A stretch of DNA of 63,777 nucleotides, the filler included, from Octopus bimaculoides (taxonomy: Eukaryota), in assembly GCF_001194135.2 (NCBI RefSeq). It is 7 parts of 7 records of this genome, joined end to end, with 100 filler letters (N's around TTAATTAATTAA, not from the genome) between each part and the next. Parts side by side here need not be neighbours in the genome. Positions count along the whole stretch, not along the records: positions 1 to 14,552 come from NC_069001.1; 6 more parts are not named here. The stretch is one strand, 5' to 3'. Of this stretch, positions 1 to 13,304 are shown piece after piece. Below the pieces are notes generated by a model. It worked only from the letters and a program-made list of their open reading frames with translations. It ran no database searches and had not been told where the DNA came from. Position numbers and translations under genes: made by a program. The first letter of the stretch is position 1; each line of letters begins with the position of its first letter.

Positions 1-29
<29 letters not shown>

Positions 30-31
<2 letters not shown>

Positions 32-187
32 ACATACGACGGGCTTCTTTCAGTTTACGTCTACCAAATATCCACTCACAAGGCTTTGGTCGGCCCGAGG
101 CTGTAGTAGAAGACACTTGCCCAAGGTGTCACTCAGTGGGACTGAACCCGGAACCATGTGGTTGGTAAGCAAGCTACTTACCACACG
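30..187 (-). mobile_element. tRNA-derived SINE family 1 (central TA/CA microsatellite), 5' half
   Basis: Reverse complement reads gtgtggtaagtagcttgcttaccaaccacatggttccgggttcagtcccactg (A-box/B-box-like head); the same sequence recurs more than 8 times in the window. Confidence 0.9.
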
Positions 188-379
188 GTCTGAATAATGC
201 TACGTTGGTAAGTAAAAGGTGTTTCGCTTATTTATTACTGAAAAAATAAACCAGTCGCTGATTTAGTCTGGAGGGATCAGCATAATTGGAGAAGAAAATG
301 TTCAAAACCACATTTTAAACCGCCCTGTACGCCTGAGCCTTCGTATGATGACAGCGCCATATATAAGTATGTATGCATG

Positions 380-836
380 CGAGTATATATATCTGCACAG
401 GTGAAGTATAGCTGAAAGCTTAAGAAGATCACTTTGCAACCACGAGGTTCCGGATTGGGATGCCATCACGTGGATCCAAAGTGGATGCCATCACGGGGAT
501 ACCAAAGTGGATCCAATTATGTAGATTTTGAGGGTAGATATCTTTTACTGTTATCATAGGTAACACATACTTTGAGAGTATCACTGAGCAGGTGGAAACT
601 GGATATAAGCCCATCGGGTGGATTATACCCGTAATTCCATAGGTACAGCCTTATCACACGCCATGTCACATGTAACAGTCTTTCGAAGAAATTATGTTCT
701 GAATCTGCCAGAGAATTACGTTAAGGGTACTTGTGTGTGTGGAATACTCAGGTACCTATACACTATTTCAATGAGCGAAGAACTCAGTTGATCAACTGAA
801 TACTCATCCTCGAAACCGACGGTGAACCATCCAGCT
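380..836 (+). mobile_element. Degenerate SINE sharing the family 3 tail, with an internal ~26-bp duplication
   Basis: Tail gagaattacgttaagggtac...gttgatcaactg resembles 34240-34330; ggatgccatcacg(t/g)gga..ccaaagt occurs twice at ~459-510. Confidence 0.5.
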
Positions 837-1257
837 GTGCGTGTGTGTGTGTGTGTATACGTGTATGTATATGTACGTGTGTCTGTTTGTAGTGAAGCTA
901 CTTTATTTAGTGAATGTGTTAGTGTATGTGGGTGTGTGTGCGTGTGCATTTAGTTCTAAAACGTACCATCACCAAAACGGGCCGAATGTCCAGTCAACCG
1001 CGCCAAATCGTCAGCATCCAAACAGCTGCGCCTATTTGTCTCATTCTAACTTACCTACCTGGTGGTGAAAATTTCTTTATGGTCGCTCGAGCCGCTAAAA
1101 AAAGCAGCTGAATTTCACTCATAGCACACACTGTTGGTTTTAATCGAAAGAATACATTGGATGGCATAGGAGTTCTACCTATAAAACTTTATGATAGAAG
1201 TGTGAACGTCACGGCTGGAAAGCCTCCAATAATTATTTGCTTGCTCAGTCAAGGCGA

Positions 1258-1460
1258 TACTACTACTACTATTACTACTACTACTACTGCTACTGCTGCT
1301 GCTACTGCTGCTGCTACTGCTGCTGCTGCTGCTCGTTTGTTCTTACTTCTCTGACAGCACTTATCTCAGTCTCCACCGCCACTGCCATCCTCATCCCCAC
1401 TACGCCTCACCACCACCAAGACTACTACCACCGTCACCGCCGCCACCATTACCACCACCA
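1258..1460. repeat. Compound trinucleotide microsatellite (TAC/TGC/CAC)
   Basis: Directly visible; explains the Tyr/Cys/His-rich ORF 1237..1830. Confidence 0.9.
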
Positions 1461-1865
1461 CAACCGCTACCATCTTTTCTTTTCTTTCTCTCTTTCCATC
1501 CCATACTCGTCACCTCACCCCACTTCCTTTAGCATAACTCATGCAGTCATAACACTACAGCTACCACAACCACCATCACCGGCAACATCAACATCGGTAC
1601 CTCCACCAACATCACCGCTTGTCGTAAGCATTTGGCTATTTAGAAAGAACAGTCAAATGTCCCTCATATCACACCCTATCAGCTCAACAATAGTATTTTT
1701 AAAAAGCATTAAGAGAAAACACATTAGACAACGTAAGTCTTTTTGGAATGCAATGCAAAAAAATATCTGTCGGCTGAATGGTCATGGTTGGTACACATTT
1801 CGATCATGGGCCTGCATGGCTAGACAGTGACTTAGAGCTAAAATACGGTTACAGTAACGATGGTC

Positions 1866-2162
1866 CTATGTGTGTGTCGGCACTCCGTCGCTTACGACGT
1901 TGAGGGTTCCAGTTGATCCGATCAACGGAACAGCCTGCTCGTGAAATTAACGTGCAAGTGGCTGAGCACTCCACAGACACGTGTACCCTTAACGTAGTTC
2001 TCGGGGATATTCAGCGTGACACAGTGTGACAAGGCTGACCCTTTGAATTACAGGCACAACTGAAACAGGAAGTAAGAGTGAGAGGAAGTTGTGGTGGAAG
2101 AGTACAGCAGGGTTCGCCACCATCCCCTGCCGGTGCCTCGTGGAGCTTTAGGTGTTTTCGCT
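1866..2162 (-). mobile_element. SINE family 3, 3' part cut by a gap
   Basis: Reverse complement of 33972-34360 (ggcactccgtcgcttacgacgttgagggttccagttgatccg...). Confidence 0.92.
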
Positions 2163-2875
2163 NNNNNNNNNNNNNNNNNNNNNNNNNNNNNNNNNNNNNN
2201 NNNNNNNNNNNNNNNNNNNNNNNNNNNNNNNNNNNNNNNNNNNNNNNNNNNNNNNNNNNNNNNNNNNNNNNNNNNNNNNNNNNNNNNNNNNNNNNNNNNN
2301 NNNNNNNNNNNNNNNNNNNNNNNNNNNNNNNNNNNNNNNNNNNNNNNNNNNNNNNNNNNNNNNNNNNNNNNNNNNNNNNNNNNNNNNNNNNNNNNNNNNN
2401 NNNNNNNNNNNNNNNNNNNNNNNNNNNNNNNNNNNNNNNNNNNNNNNNNNNNNNNNNNNNNNNNNNNNNNNNNNNNNNNNNNNNNNNNNNNNNNNNNNNN
2501 NNNNNNNNNNNNNNNNNNNNNNNNNNNNNNNNNNNNNNNNNNNNNNNNNNNNNNNNNNNNNNNNNNNNNNNNNNNNNNNNNNNNNNNNNNNNNNNNNNNN
2601 NNNNNNNAACCACATCTACCACCATGACCACCATCACCAGCATCTCACCGGGGCCCCTGCTCCACCCTGTGCCGCCCCTACCCCCACACCACCACCACCA
2701 CCACCACCCACACACACTCTCCACCTCCCCCGACGACACCCTTCTCTTACGCCTCTTCCTCCCTTACCCGCCACCCCTTTTATTAGCCACAATGAAATTA
2801 ATCTACGCCACCAAGAAACTGTCACTACTTGTCCTGCTTTCTACGCAAATTCCCGGCTGTAACGGTGTAATCCTG

Positions 2876-2912
2876 TGACGTCAGCACTGACGTCATGCTC
2901 CCGTTGACGTCG
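2876..2912. promoter_or_regulatory. Cluster of CRE-like palindromes (2x TGACGTCA, 1x TGACGTCG)
   Basis: TGACGTCA at 2876 and 2888, TGACGTCG at 2905; function is not shown by the sequence. Confidence 0.3.
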
Positions 2913-3480
2913 CAGCTCCTATTGATATGAAACAACGATTGCGTGTATGTGCTTGCCTAAGCATGTATACAAATACGCATACACGTATACAGTGGTGGGC
3001 ATATATATATATATATGTGTGTGTGTGTGTATGTACGTGCATATAAGAATGTGTGTGTGTTTCTGTAGATATGTATGTATGTATGCGTAGATGCTCAGGT
3101 AAAACTGTATTCAGTGCTAGGGAGTTTATTTTTAGTTTTGTGTGCTTTCCTGATAAATTGCGATCGAGGTGAAGCACAGCACGAGATGGGAGGTGTGGTG
3201 GGAGTAAGGGTGGGAGTGAAGTGAGAGTGGAAGCTTTGAGTGGAGTGAATGTGTGTGCTTGAGTGTTTGTATGTGTGTACCTGTATGTATGTATGTATGT
3301 ATATATGCATGTATGCATATTTGAATGTCTCTCTGTGTGTGTTTGAGTGTATGTATGTATGCCTGTATACTTGTATGCTTCTGTGTGTGTATATTTGTAT
3401 GTCGGTGCATTTTAATGTGTCTGCGTGTAGGTATGTGTGTATCACTGACTGTTGCTGTATGTGTGCGTACATGTGTCTAC

Positions 3481-3511
<31 letters not shown>

Positions 3512-4797
3512 GTGCGTGTTTTTTCTTGGCTTTCTGTATGTATGTTTGGAAGACCGTACATATAAGTGTGTGTGCTTTGTGTGTATGTGTGTGTGTGGTG
3601 TGTGTGTGTGTGTGNNNNNNNNNNNNNNNNNNNNNNNNNNNNNNNNNNNNNNNNNNNNNNNNNNNNNNNNNNNNNNNNNNNNNNNNNNNNNNNNNNNNNN
3701 NNNNNNNNNNNNNNNNNNNNNNNNNNNNNNNNNNNNNNNNNNNNNNNNNNNNNNNNNNNNNNNNNNNNNNNNNNNNNNNNNNNNNNNNNNNNNNNNNNNN
3801 NNNNNNNNNNNNNNNNNNNNNNNNNNNNNNNNNNNNNNNNNNNNNNNNNNNNNNNNNNNNNNNNNNNNNNNNNNNNNNNNNNNNNNNNNNNNNNNNNNNN
3901 NNNNNNNNNNNNNNNNNNNNNNNNNNNNNNNNNNNNNNNNNNNNNNNNNNNNNNNNNNNNNNNNNNNNNNNNNNNNNNNNNNNNNNNNNNNNNNNNNNNN
4001 NNNNNNNNNNNNNNNNNNNNNNNNNNNNNNNNNNNNNNNNNNNNNNNNNNNNNNNNNNNNNNNNNNNNNNNNNNNNNNNNNNNNNNNNNNNNNNNNNNNN
4101 NNNNNNNNNNNNNNNNNNNNNNNNNNNNNNNNNNNNNNNNNNNNNNNNNNNNNNNNNNNNNNNNNNNNNNNNNNNNNNNNNNNNNNNNNNNNNNNNNNNN
4201 NNNNNNNNNNNNNNNNNNNNNNNNNNNNNNNNNNNNNNNNNNNNNNNNNNNNNNNNNNNNNNNNNNNNNNNNNNNNNNNNNNNNNNNNNNNNNNNNNNNN
4301 NNNNNNNNNNNNNNNNNNNNNNNNNNNNNNNNNNNNNNNNNNNNNNNNNNNNNNNNNNNNNNNNNNNNNNNNNNNNNNNNNNNNNNNNNNNNNNNNNNNN
4401 NNNNNNNNNNNNNNNNNNNNNNNNNNNNNNNNNNNNNNNNNNNNNNNNNNNNNNNNNNNNNNNNNNNNNNNNNNNNGTGTGTAGTGTAGTGTGGAACTGA
4501 GTGACCGTGAAGCAGACAGGTGATGAAGATGGAGATGTGGAGGGAAAAAGACTGGAGAGAAGGGGGGAAGTAGAAGGAGGAGGAAATAACTAGCAGAGAA
4601 CCACAGCAGAGCAGGTGACCGGCCGACTAACCGTGCAGCCGACAAACCGGCTAACCGGAGAGCCTGACTGTCTGTCTGACTGTCTGTCGTTTGTGTGAAA
4701 GTGAAACAAAGCAAGTATGAAGACAATAGCAGAGTGAGGGAGAGAAAGAGAAAGTGAGAGAGAGTATGTGAGAGAGAGAGAGAGAGTGAAAGGAGAG

Positions 4798-4823
4798 TTG
4801 ATAGATAGATAGATGGATCTATG

Positions 4824-4900
<77 letters not shown>
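4798..4900. repeat. (GATA)n microsatellite
   Basis: Direct. Confidence 0.95.
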
Positions 4901-5039
4901 CGAGAGAGAAAGAGAAGAGAGGAAGAGAGAGAGAGGAGGGAGAGGAAGATAACCTCAGAATATGTGGGGAGTTAGGAAGACGGGGCGAGGGACAGAAAAA
5001 GGAAACGAGAGTGGGGTGGAGAAAAGCAGATAAAGCTAC

Positions 5040-5137
5040 GTGATACAGATGCTGATGATAGTGGTGATTATGATGATCTTGTTGATGATGATGATGATGA
5101 TGATGATGACGATGGCAGCGATGACAATAATTATGAC

Positions 5138-5175
<38 letters not shown>

Positions 5176-5220
5176 CGATGATGATGACAATGCTGATGAT
5201 GGTGTAGTGGTGGTGGTGGT
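5040..5220. repeat. (GAT)n-rich microsatellite
   Basis: Direct. Confidence 0.9.
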
Positions 5221-6389
5221 CTAGGTGAAGCGAAGTGCCGTGAGCAGGTGGTTTGAACAGGGATTGCCATGCTAATTAAATGTTGTGACGACATAGACAG
5301 AGACAGACAGTCAGACAAACAGACAGAAAGACTAGCAGATAGACTGAGCGACGGACAGACAGACAGACAGACGCACAAGCAGACAAGCAGACAAGTAGAC
5401 AAGCAGGCTTGTCTAACCGGAAGACTAAGTGACAAGGAAGACAGCAGTCCAGGTACAACATTCTGCAAGGAATAATTACTTGACCGGCTGAATGGCGAGT
5501 TGGCATGTTTTACTGGTTTGGTCGTGAGGTGGCTGGTTGCTGGGTTACTGTTGCTGTTCAGCCCAAGATCGTCCCGGACTCAGGATCCAGCAAAGCCACA
5601 ATAAATCAAAAGCGTTCCATTCTTGACCATCCATCTGTTTTTTTATGAATCCTTTCTGTTCTCTAATATAGTTAAAACTAGTACGAAGATCAGCAAGATG
5701 TGGTGATTTGAGGGATGTTCGCTACTGTTTCTAGAAAATAGGGTGACAAGATGATCGCATAGGAGTTCATGGTTTTATTTTTGGGGTTTTTTATGTTCTT
5801 TTATCTTTTACTTGTTTCAATCATTGAATTGCAGTCATGCTAGGACAACACTGCCCACAAATGCTTACATCATATTACCAACAATCCCTTCTTTTCGTAC
5901 GCTTGGTGGACCTAGGACTACATCATCAAACATGTTCTTCTTTTCTAAAACGGCAGTGAGAAATTTTTACGAAGACATCACTTCTATTTCTAGCCAATTT
6001 TGTTCCTAAATTATATCTCATAGATACAGATGGTTACTAATCTTCTCTCAATGAAACCCTAATCTCCTCTCTTTGCAAACGGCTCTGCCAAATTTATGAC
6101 CATTTGAACGTATATATGCATGTGTGTGTGTTTATATATGCATACACTCAGCTGGACCTGAATCTAGTTTTAAAGCAATCCAGCTACAAATCCATCTACG
6201 CTAAATTGTTCGTCATGGAACTAGCTACGGAGGTATCTCAAAGTAAGCTATACAACATCGATATAATTACAAATAAATCTTAGTTTACGTCTAGTTTATG
6301 TCTTGTTATGTCACATGGATTCATAGACACAACATGGGTATAGTTACATCACATCGATGTAGCAACAGATGATACTCAACTAAATAATA

Positions 6390-7110
6390 CCTCATGGATC
6401 TAGCTACAAACTTTTTTCTCTCAACTAGGTGATGTCTCATGGATCTAGCTACAAGCTTCTTCTCTCTCAGCTAGGTGATCCCTCGTGGACCTAACTACAA
6501 ATTTGTTCTCTCTCAAGAGGTGATCCTTCATGGATCTAACTACAAACTTGTTCTTTCTCAATTAGATAATCCCTCATGGATCTAACTAAAAACTTCTCTC
6601 TCACCTAGATGCTCCTTCATGAACCTAGCTACAGATTTATCTCACACCTAGGTGACACCGCATGGATCTAACTACAAGCTTGTCTTCTCTCTGCCAGTTG
6701 ATCCCTCGTGTGGACCTAACTCTAAACATGTTCTCTCTCTCCAGAGCTGATTTTTCATGGATGTAACTACAAATTTGTTCTCCCTCGCCTAGATGATCCC
6801 TCAGGGATCAAACAACAAACTTGTCCTTTCTCAATTAGATGGTCCCTGTTGGATCAAACTACAAACTTGTTCTCTCTCAACTTGGTGATTCCCCCATGGT
6901 TCTAGCTGCACCACGTAGCGATATTAACAGATTAGCCTTTGTAGATCTAGCTACCATGTATTTATTCTCAATTAGATGATCCATCATGGATCAAAATCCA
7001 AACTTGTTCTCTGTCAGTTAGCTGATCCCTCAACTGAACCTAACTACAAACTTGTTCTCTTTCAACAATGTGAACCCTGTTTATTTTCAGTTAGATGATA
7101 CCTCGTGGAT
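6390..7110. repeat. Degenerate ~46-bp minisatellite, about 14 units
   Basis: Unit approximately ctcatggatctaactacaaacttgttctctctcaactagatgatcc, tandem, with diverged fringes extending to ~6140 and ~7220. Confidence 0.9.
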
Positions 7111-8702
7111 TTTGTTACATCTCAAATCATTCATGCATAAATCTTAGCTGGGTTATACTAACCTGGATCTACCTACTAATCTATCTCTACTTAGTTTATT
7201 CTTCAAGCATCTAGCTACAAGCGTGGATAATGTAATTTCTGTTATACAAAAATTGGTACGGTTGAGGCTGGAACATCTTGGTCATAAGTCTGCTAGATCA
7301 GGTTCACCTGGGACTAAATAATTAGAACAACAAAAACAACCCTTATTTGGTAGTCTGAGAGTATTTCTTGTAAACCAAAAACAGGAATGCCAAAAATGAA
7401 TGCTTCCTGGGATATCTTTTATACTTGTACGTCACATGACACATCTTGAAGAATTTTCAAACTTTGCCTATCAATTGGTTAGCGAAGGGATCAAAGTATC
7501 TTTACAGGGTCGACTCACTTGGAGCCCTAGAGGATCCTTGATCAAACAGGCTTATCAAATGAAAGCTGTTGACTAAAATGCAAGGCGTGACCCAAAAATC
7601 TGCTGGCCCTGTTATATCATGAGATCTACATTACACACTCTGACATGGTGTGGTTAATAGTATAACACAGTGTAACAGTATATATATATATCTTTCTCTC
7701 TGTCCCTCTCTCTGTTCCTCTCTCTTTCTCCACCCTCCCTCTCTCTCTTCCATGTCTTGTCTATTTCTGTATGTCTGTACTTTCATGTAGTAACCACACC
7801 GAAGACTGGTAAAGGACCCTCTGTCAGAGATTAATAGTTACCTTTTTCACCCTCCCGTTGCTTGTAATTTTCTATGTTTCTCAATTCGTGATACACTGGA
7901 CAATGCATATCAATTTGTTTTAAAAAATACATCGTCTCTTTACTTCGTATGGAAAATTTATTAGTTAAAAAAGACATGTCGTAAAATCTAAAATTTATTT
8001 TAAAAAATAGAAAAAAATTACTTACTACATTAATCAAATTTGTGTACAACAAAATTGCAATTAACAAGTTTTTTCAGGACGCTCAAGCTTTAATATGGAT
8101 TTTGCAAAAACCTTCAATTGTGTTTTNNNNNNNNNNNNNNNNNNNNNNNNNNNNNNNNNNNNNNNNNNNNNNNNNNNNNNNNNNNNNNNNNNNNNNNNNN
8201 NNNNNNNNNNNNNNNNNNNNNNNNNNNNNNNNNNNNNNNNNNNNNNNNNNNNNNNNNNNNNNNNNNNNNNNNNNNNNNNNNNNNNNNNNNNNNNNNNNNN
8301 NNNNNNNNNNNNNNNNNNNNNNNNNNNNNNNNNNNNNNNNNNNNNNNNNNNNNNNNNNNNNNNNNNNNNNNNNNNNNNNNNNNNNNNNNNNNNNNNNNNN
8401 NNNNNNNNNNNNNNNNNNNNNNNNNNNNNNNNNNNNNNNNNNNNNNNNNNNNNNNNNNNNNNNNNNNNNNNNNNNNNNNNNNNNNNNNNNNNNNNNNNNN
8501 NNNNNNNNNNNNNNNNNNNNNNNNNNNNNNNNNNNNNNNNNNNNNNNNNNNNNNNNNNNNNNNNNNNNNNTCTTGATTTACAGGCTTTGATTCTTTTGCA
8601 CCATGTTTCTTGAGACTGTCCCGCTTTCTCTGATACAATATTCCTAAAATCTTCCATCAAAATTCTATGCTAATACGTTTCAAACAACAACAAAATTACT
8701 TG

Positions 8703-8902
8703 TTTCAAATTTGGGCACAAATCCAGCAATTGCATGGGAGGGGTTAAGTCGATTACATCGACCCCAGTACATATCTGGTACTTATTATATCGGCCTCGAA
8801 AGGATGAAAGGCTAAGTCGACTTCGGGTGGAATTTGAACTGAGAATGCAAAGACGGACGAAATGCTGCTAAACACTTTGCCCGATTCTGCTACCTCGCTA
8901 CC
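8703..8902 (-). mobile_element. SINE family 2 (gagctggcagaatcgttagc...gttcaaattccgccgaggtcgactttgcc)
   Basis: Reverse complement of copies at 34500, 40955 and 58158. Confidence 0.85.
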
Positions 8903-9300
8903 TGAACCAGCATGATTATTACAAAGACATTTTATTAAATTCGTCATTATTTTCAAAATTCATTGAATTACAAACAAAATATCTTAACAGAAATATGGCA
9001 AAAATGTCTTAACCCTTTTGATATCAATCCACTTGAGACTGGCCTGGTTGTATACCATACAGCTCTTGTTTGTAAGTGATCTACATTTAAACCTGCCATC
9101 AAAATATTGTGTTAACACCAGCTTAATAACAACAAATATTATTTCGCTAATTTCTTCATTATTTTCGAAATTAACTGAAACAAAAGAAGTGTATTTCAAC
9201 AGAAATCAACCTGCTTGAGACTATCTCAGGTTCTCTTTTAAACTAAAACTTTCCAACTAAATTTCGTGTTAATTTATATTCCTAACGCCATCTTAATTGT

Positions 9301-9545
9301 GGTTTCAAATTTTTGCACAAGGCCAGTAATGTCGAAGGAAATGATACATCCCCCCCCCCCNNNNNNNNNNNNNNNNNNNNNNNNNNNNNNNNNNNNNNNN
9401 NNNNNNNNNCGCCCGCCAGTACTCAACTGGCACTTCTTTTATCAACCTCGAAAGCATGAAAGGCAAAGTTGACCTCGGTAGAATTTGTATTCACAACGCA
9501 AAGACGGACGAAGGGTAGCTAAGCATTGCACCCTGTATGCTACAC
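9301..9545 (-). mobile_element. SINE family 2, gapped
   Basis: aaggcaaagttgacctcggtagaatttg and tttcaaattttgcacaaggccag motifs. Confidence 0.85.
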
Positions 9546-9726
9546 CCGCTTTATAGTTTTACTAAATATTTTGCTAAATATATTTTACTATTTATTACTA
9601 AAATTTTACTATAGCTTTTACTAAATTCTTCGTTCTTGTCAAAATTAATTGAAACACAACAGAAATCTATTAAAAAAGAAGACTTTTAAACGTTTTTCAA
9701 ATTCCTTTCGTTAATATCCCAAGTAG

Positions 9727-9960
9727 ACGCTGTATAGCCGAATGATTAAAAAGTTTGCTTCGTCATCACAAGGTACCAGGTTCGATCTCACTGCACGGGA
9801 CCTTGGGCAAGTGCGCTTTTACTCTAACTTCAGGTGAATCCATATTTTGTGGGAGAAATTGGGGAGACGGAAATCAATCGGATGAACTGTACCTGCAATT
9901 CAAAATCACAGCCTAGCTACATACTGCATCATGTTAATTCTGATTCGGAATTAGGTAAAG
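9727..9960 (+). mobile_element. Degenerate tRNA-headed SINE
   Basis: tagccgaatg A-box-like, ggttcgatctc B-box-like, ccttgggcaagtg core. Confidence 0.6.
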
Positions 9961-9969
9961 GTAAAGATA

Positions 9970-10112
9970 TTACTCATTTTTAGCAGCCGAGTGGATAGGA
10001 GCAAAGTGAAATGAAGTAGCTTGCTCAAGAACACAACGCGTCGCCCGGTCCAAGAATCGAAACCACAATCTTACGATCATGAGTGCAGCACCCTAACCAC
10101 TAAGCCACGTAC
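9970..10112 (-). mobile_element. tRNA-headed SINE with a ttgagcaag core
   Basis: Reverse complement tggaggtacgtggcttagtggttagggtg...ggtttcgattc...gttcttgagcaag; related to 52880 and 57440. Confidence 0.8.
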
Positions 10113-10777
10113 CTCCAAGAATTACATTCAAGATTCACATGTCTGTGGAATATTCAACCACTTACACGTTAATTCAGGAGTAGGTAACTCAGCTGATCCA
10201 CTGAGAACTCAGAATAAGAAATTCTGACGGTGGTCCATTTTAGTCCGTATTTCCAAAGAGAATTATTGCTGCTTACTAGATTGAAGAAGGAACTTTAAAA
10301 CAGTTATGAGGATTAAGTTATTGGACTACATACTTACCGAAGGACTGTGAGTTCAAACTGAGCTGCCGTCACAATGTTGCACTTCTAAGATAACATTTTA
10401 AAAGAATTTATCTTTTTATTCTGAATTTCTTCAGGTCGAAGCAAATCTATCAGGAAGAATATTGAACAAGTTTACAGCGATAAGGTCAATAGAACTAAGA
10501 CTGATCTTCTCAACCGAAAGAAAACCTCAGATCAGCAGAGATCAAACAAAAGTTAAGTGCATTGATGTGGCTTATAAGACGCTACTAATCGATAATAGTT
10601 GATCCACTTAACTCGGAACAAACGAATTTAAAGGAACTTCGTCGGAACTTCATTCTCATGTTGAGCGTTTGTAATTCCAATTCTAGCTTTAAGACCGACG
10701 TTCTAAAACAAAAACAAAACCGATCTCTTCTCTAGGAAATGTAGCATCATATATATACCGTTATTGTTACAGAGTTG

Positions 10778-10900
10778 GGAGGTGTGCTGGCAGAATCGTT
10801 AGTGTGTCGGACAAAAGGACTTGCGAATTTGCTTCGGCTCTTTACGTTCACAGAGCAAAATTCCGCCAAGGTCACCCTTACCATTCGTGTCTCCCGAATC
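10778..10900 (+). mobile_element. SINE family 2, 5' part
   Basis: gtgctggcagaatcgttag...aaattccgccaaggtcacc. Confidence 0.7.
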
Positions 10901-10981
10901 GTAATCGATTAATTTGCTCTCTCCTCGGAGTTTTACCATGGCTACCGAATAATTGTCACATATTATATTTACAGATATAAT

Positions 10982-11021
<40 letters not shown>

Positions 11022-11588
11022 NNNNNNNNNNNNNNNNNNNNNNNNNNNNNNNNNNNNNNNNNNNNNNNNNNNNNNNNNNNNNNNNNNNNNNNNNNNNNNN
11101 NNNNNNNNNNNNNNNNNNNNNNNNNNNNNNNNNNNNNNNNNNNNNNNNNNNNNNNNNNNNNNNNNNNNNNNNNNNNNNNNNNNNNNNNNNNNNNNNNNNN
11201 NNNNNNNNNNNNNNNNNNNNNNNNNNNNNNNNNNNNNNNNNNNNNNNNNNNNNNNNNNNNNNNNNNNNNNNNNNNNNNNNNNNNNNNNNNNNNNNNNNNN
11301 NNNNNNNNNNNNNNNNNNNNNNNNNNNNNNNNNNNNNNNNNNNNNNNNNNNNNNNNNNNNNNNNNNNNNNNNNNNNNNNNNNNNNNNNNNNNNNNNNNNN
11401 NNNNNNNNNNNNNNNNNNNNNNNNNNNNNNNNNNNNNNNNNNNNNNNNNNNNNNNNNNNNNNNNNNNNNNNNNNNNNNNNNNNNNNNNNNNNNNNNNNNN
11501 NNNNNNNNNNNNNNNNNNNNNNNNNNNNNNNNNNNNNNNNNNNNNNNNNNNNNNNNNNNNNNNNNNNNNNNNNNNNNNNNNNNNNNNN

Positions 11589-11628
<40 letters not shown>

Positions 11629-11864
11629 GTAGAGTTTTTGCTTTTGTTGATATTGTTATATTTTGGCTCCTGGCTATCCTTATAAAAGCAGAGCTATGAT
11701 AGAAAGCATTCCAACCGTATCCATCACATGTTGCTGTACATCAGACACTATATAATTTTTATTTACTCACCGTCGTACTGTGTACGTTTTATATTCGTAC
11801 GTATACATGTCTATATGTATGTTTATGAGTATACATACATACAAACATATATGTGTATATATAC

Positions 11865-11901
<37 letters not shown>

Positions 11902-12016
11902 TATTTCCATCAATGTTCTTATCTGCGATACACCTATATGTATGTATATAAAAAAATACATGTGCATACCCCTATACATATTATTCATATATACATATTT
12001 GCATACAGCTAATATA

Positions 12017-12050
<34 letters not shown>

Positions 12051-12060
12051 NNNNNNNNNN

Positions 12061-12113
<53 letters not shown>

Positions 12114-12670
12114 ATATATGTACGTAAATGCATATATATATATAATATATATATAATATATTACGTGATATACATATATATATATATATTTATATATATA
12201 TATGTGTACCTAAATGCATATATATATATATATATATATATACTTTTATATAGATACACGTTGATAGATACATACATATTTACATACATCCTTACATACA
12301 CATATATGTATATGTATGCATACATGCATACATTCATACATATACGCGTGTTTCTATATGTACACTTATGGATATTCCTTCCTATCGAAATATATACTGA
12401 CATATTGATAATGCGTTTGTATTTACAAATATTTATAACCCAAGAACAGACATACTTATTGAATAGAAGGATCACCCGTTGGATTCCATGATGACTATTT
12501 CAATTGTTCGATCACCAGTACTACTTCTCATGGTTGAGTATCCCGCGGAGGTTTTTTAAATCTTTTACATAGTCCACGGGCAGAACCTGCATGACACTGC
12601 ATGTGACAATATTGTATACATAAACACAAATACACATACACACACGTACGGAGACACGCACGCACACACA

Positions 12671-12749
<79 letters not shown>

Positions 12750-13050
12750 CGCGGTGATTCCATGCAGCAGAATCTAATCCGGGACCATAATATTACGTAG
12801 AGAAATTCTAAACTGTGTGGCCTACTTTGCACCACGTGTACATACGTATACACATACGCATACACATGTGTCTATGTATATATGTATATATATATACACA
12901 AGTTTTTGTGTGTGTGTATGTAGGCTGATAAAGCATTGATACGTATGATTACGCATATTCAAATACATAACAACATTCACATATACATATACGCAACAGA
13001 TATGTACATTTGTGTAACTGTATACATACATATACAAACGCGTGTATGTA

Positions 13051-13259
13051 TTCTTTTATTTATTTCAATCATTTGACTGCAGCCATGCTGGAGCACCGCC
13101 TAGAGTCGAACAAATTGACCAGGCCCCCTGGTACTTAAGCTATCGAGTCTCTTGCCGAACCGCTAACTTACAGGGACGTAAACACAACATCTATTGTCAA
13201 GCGATGGTGGGGGGGACAAACACAGACACACAAACATATGCATACATACTTATATACAT

Positions 13260-13304
<45 letters not shown>

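Noticed and set aside
1237-1830. 197-aa Tyr/Cys/His-rich ORF, plus the many VC/YI/HT/ER/poly-L/D/M ORFs elsewhere
   Set aside because: Translations of di-, tri- and tetranucleotide microsatellites
6390-7110. Regularly spaced repeat resembling a CRISPR array
   Set aside because: Eukaryotic context, no unique spacers, units diverge throughout
7900-8660. Possible Tc1/mariner transposase remnant around a gap
   Set aside because: No diagnostic motif or TIR pair could be verified
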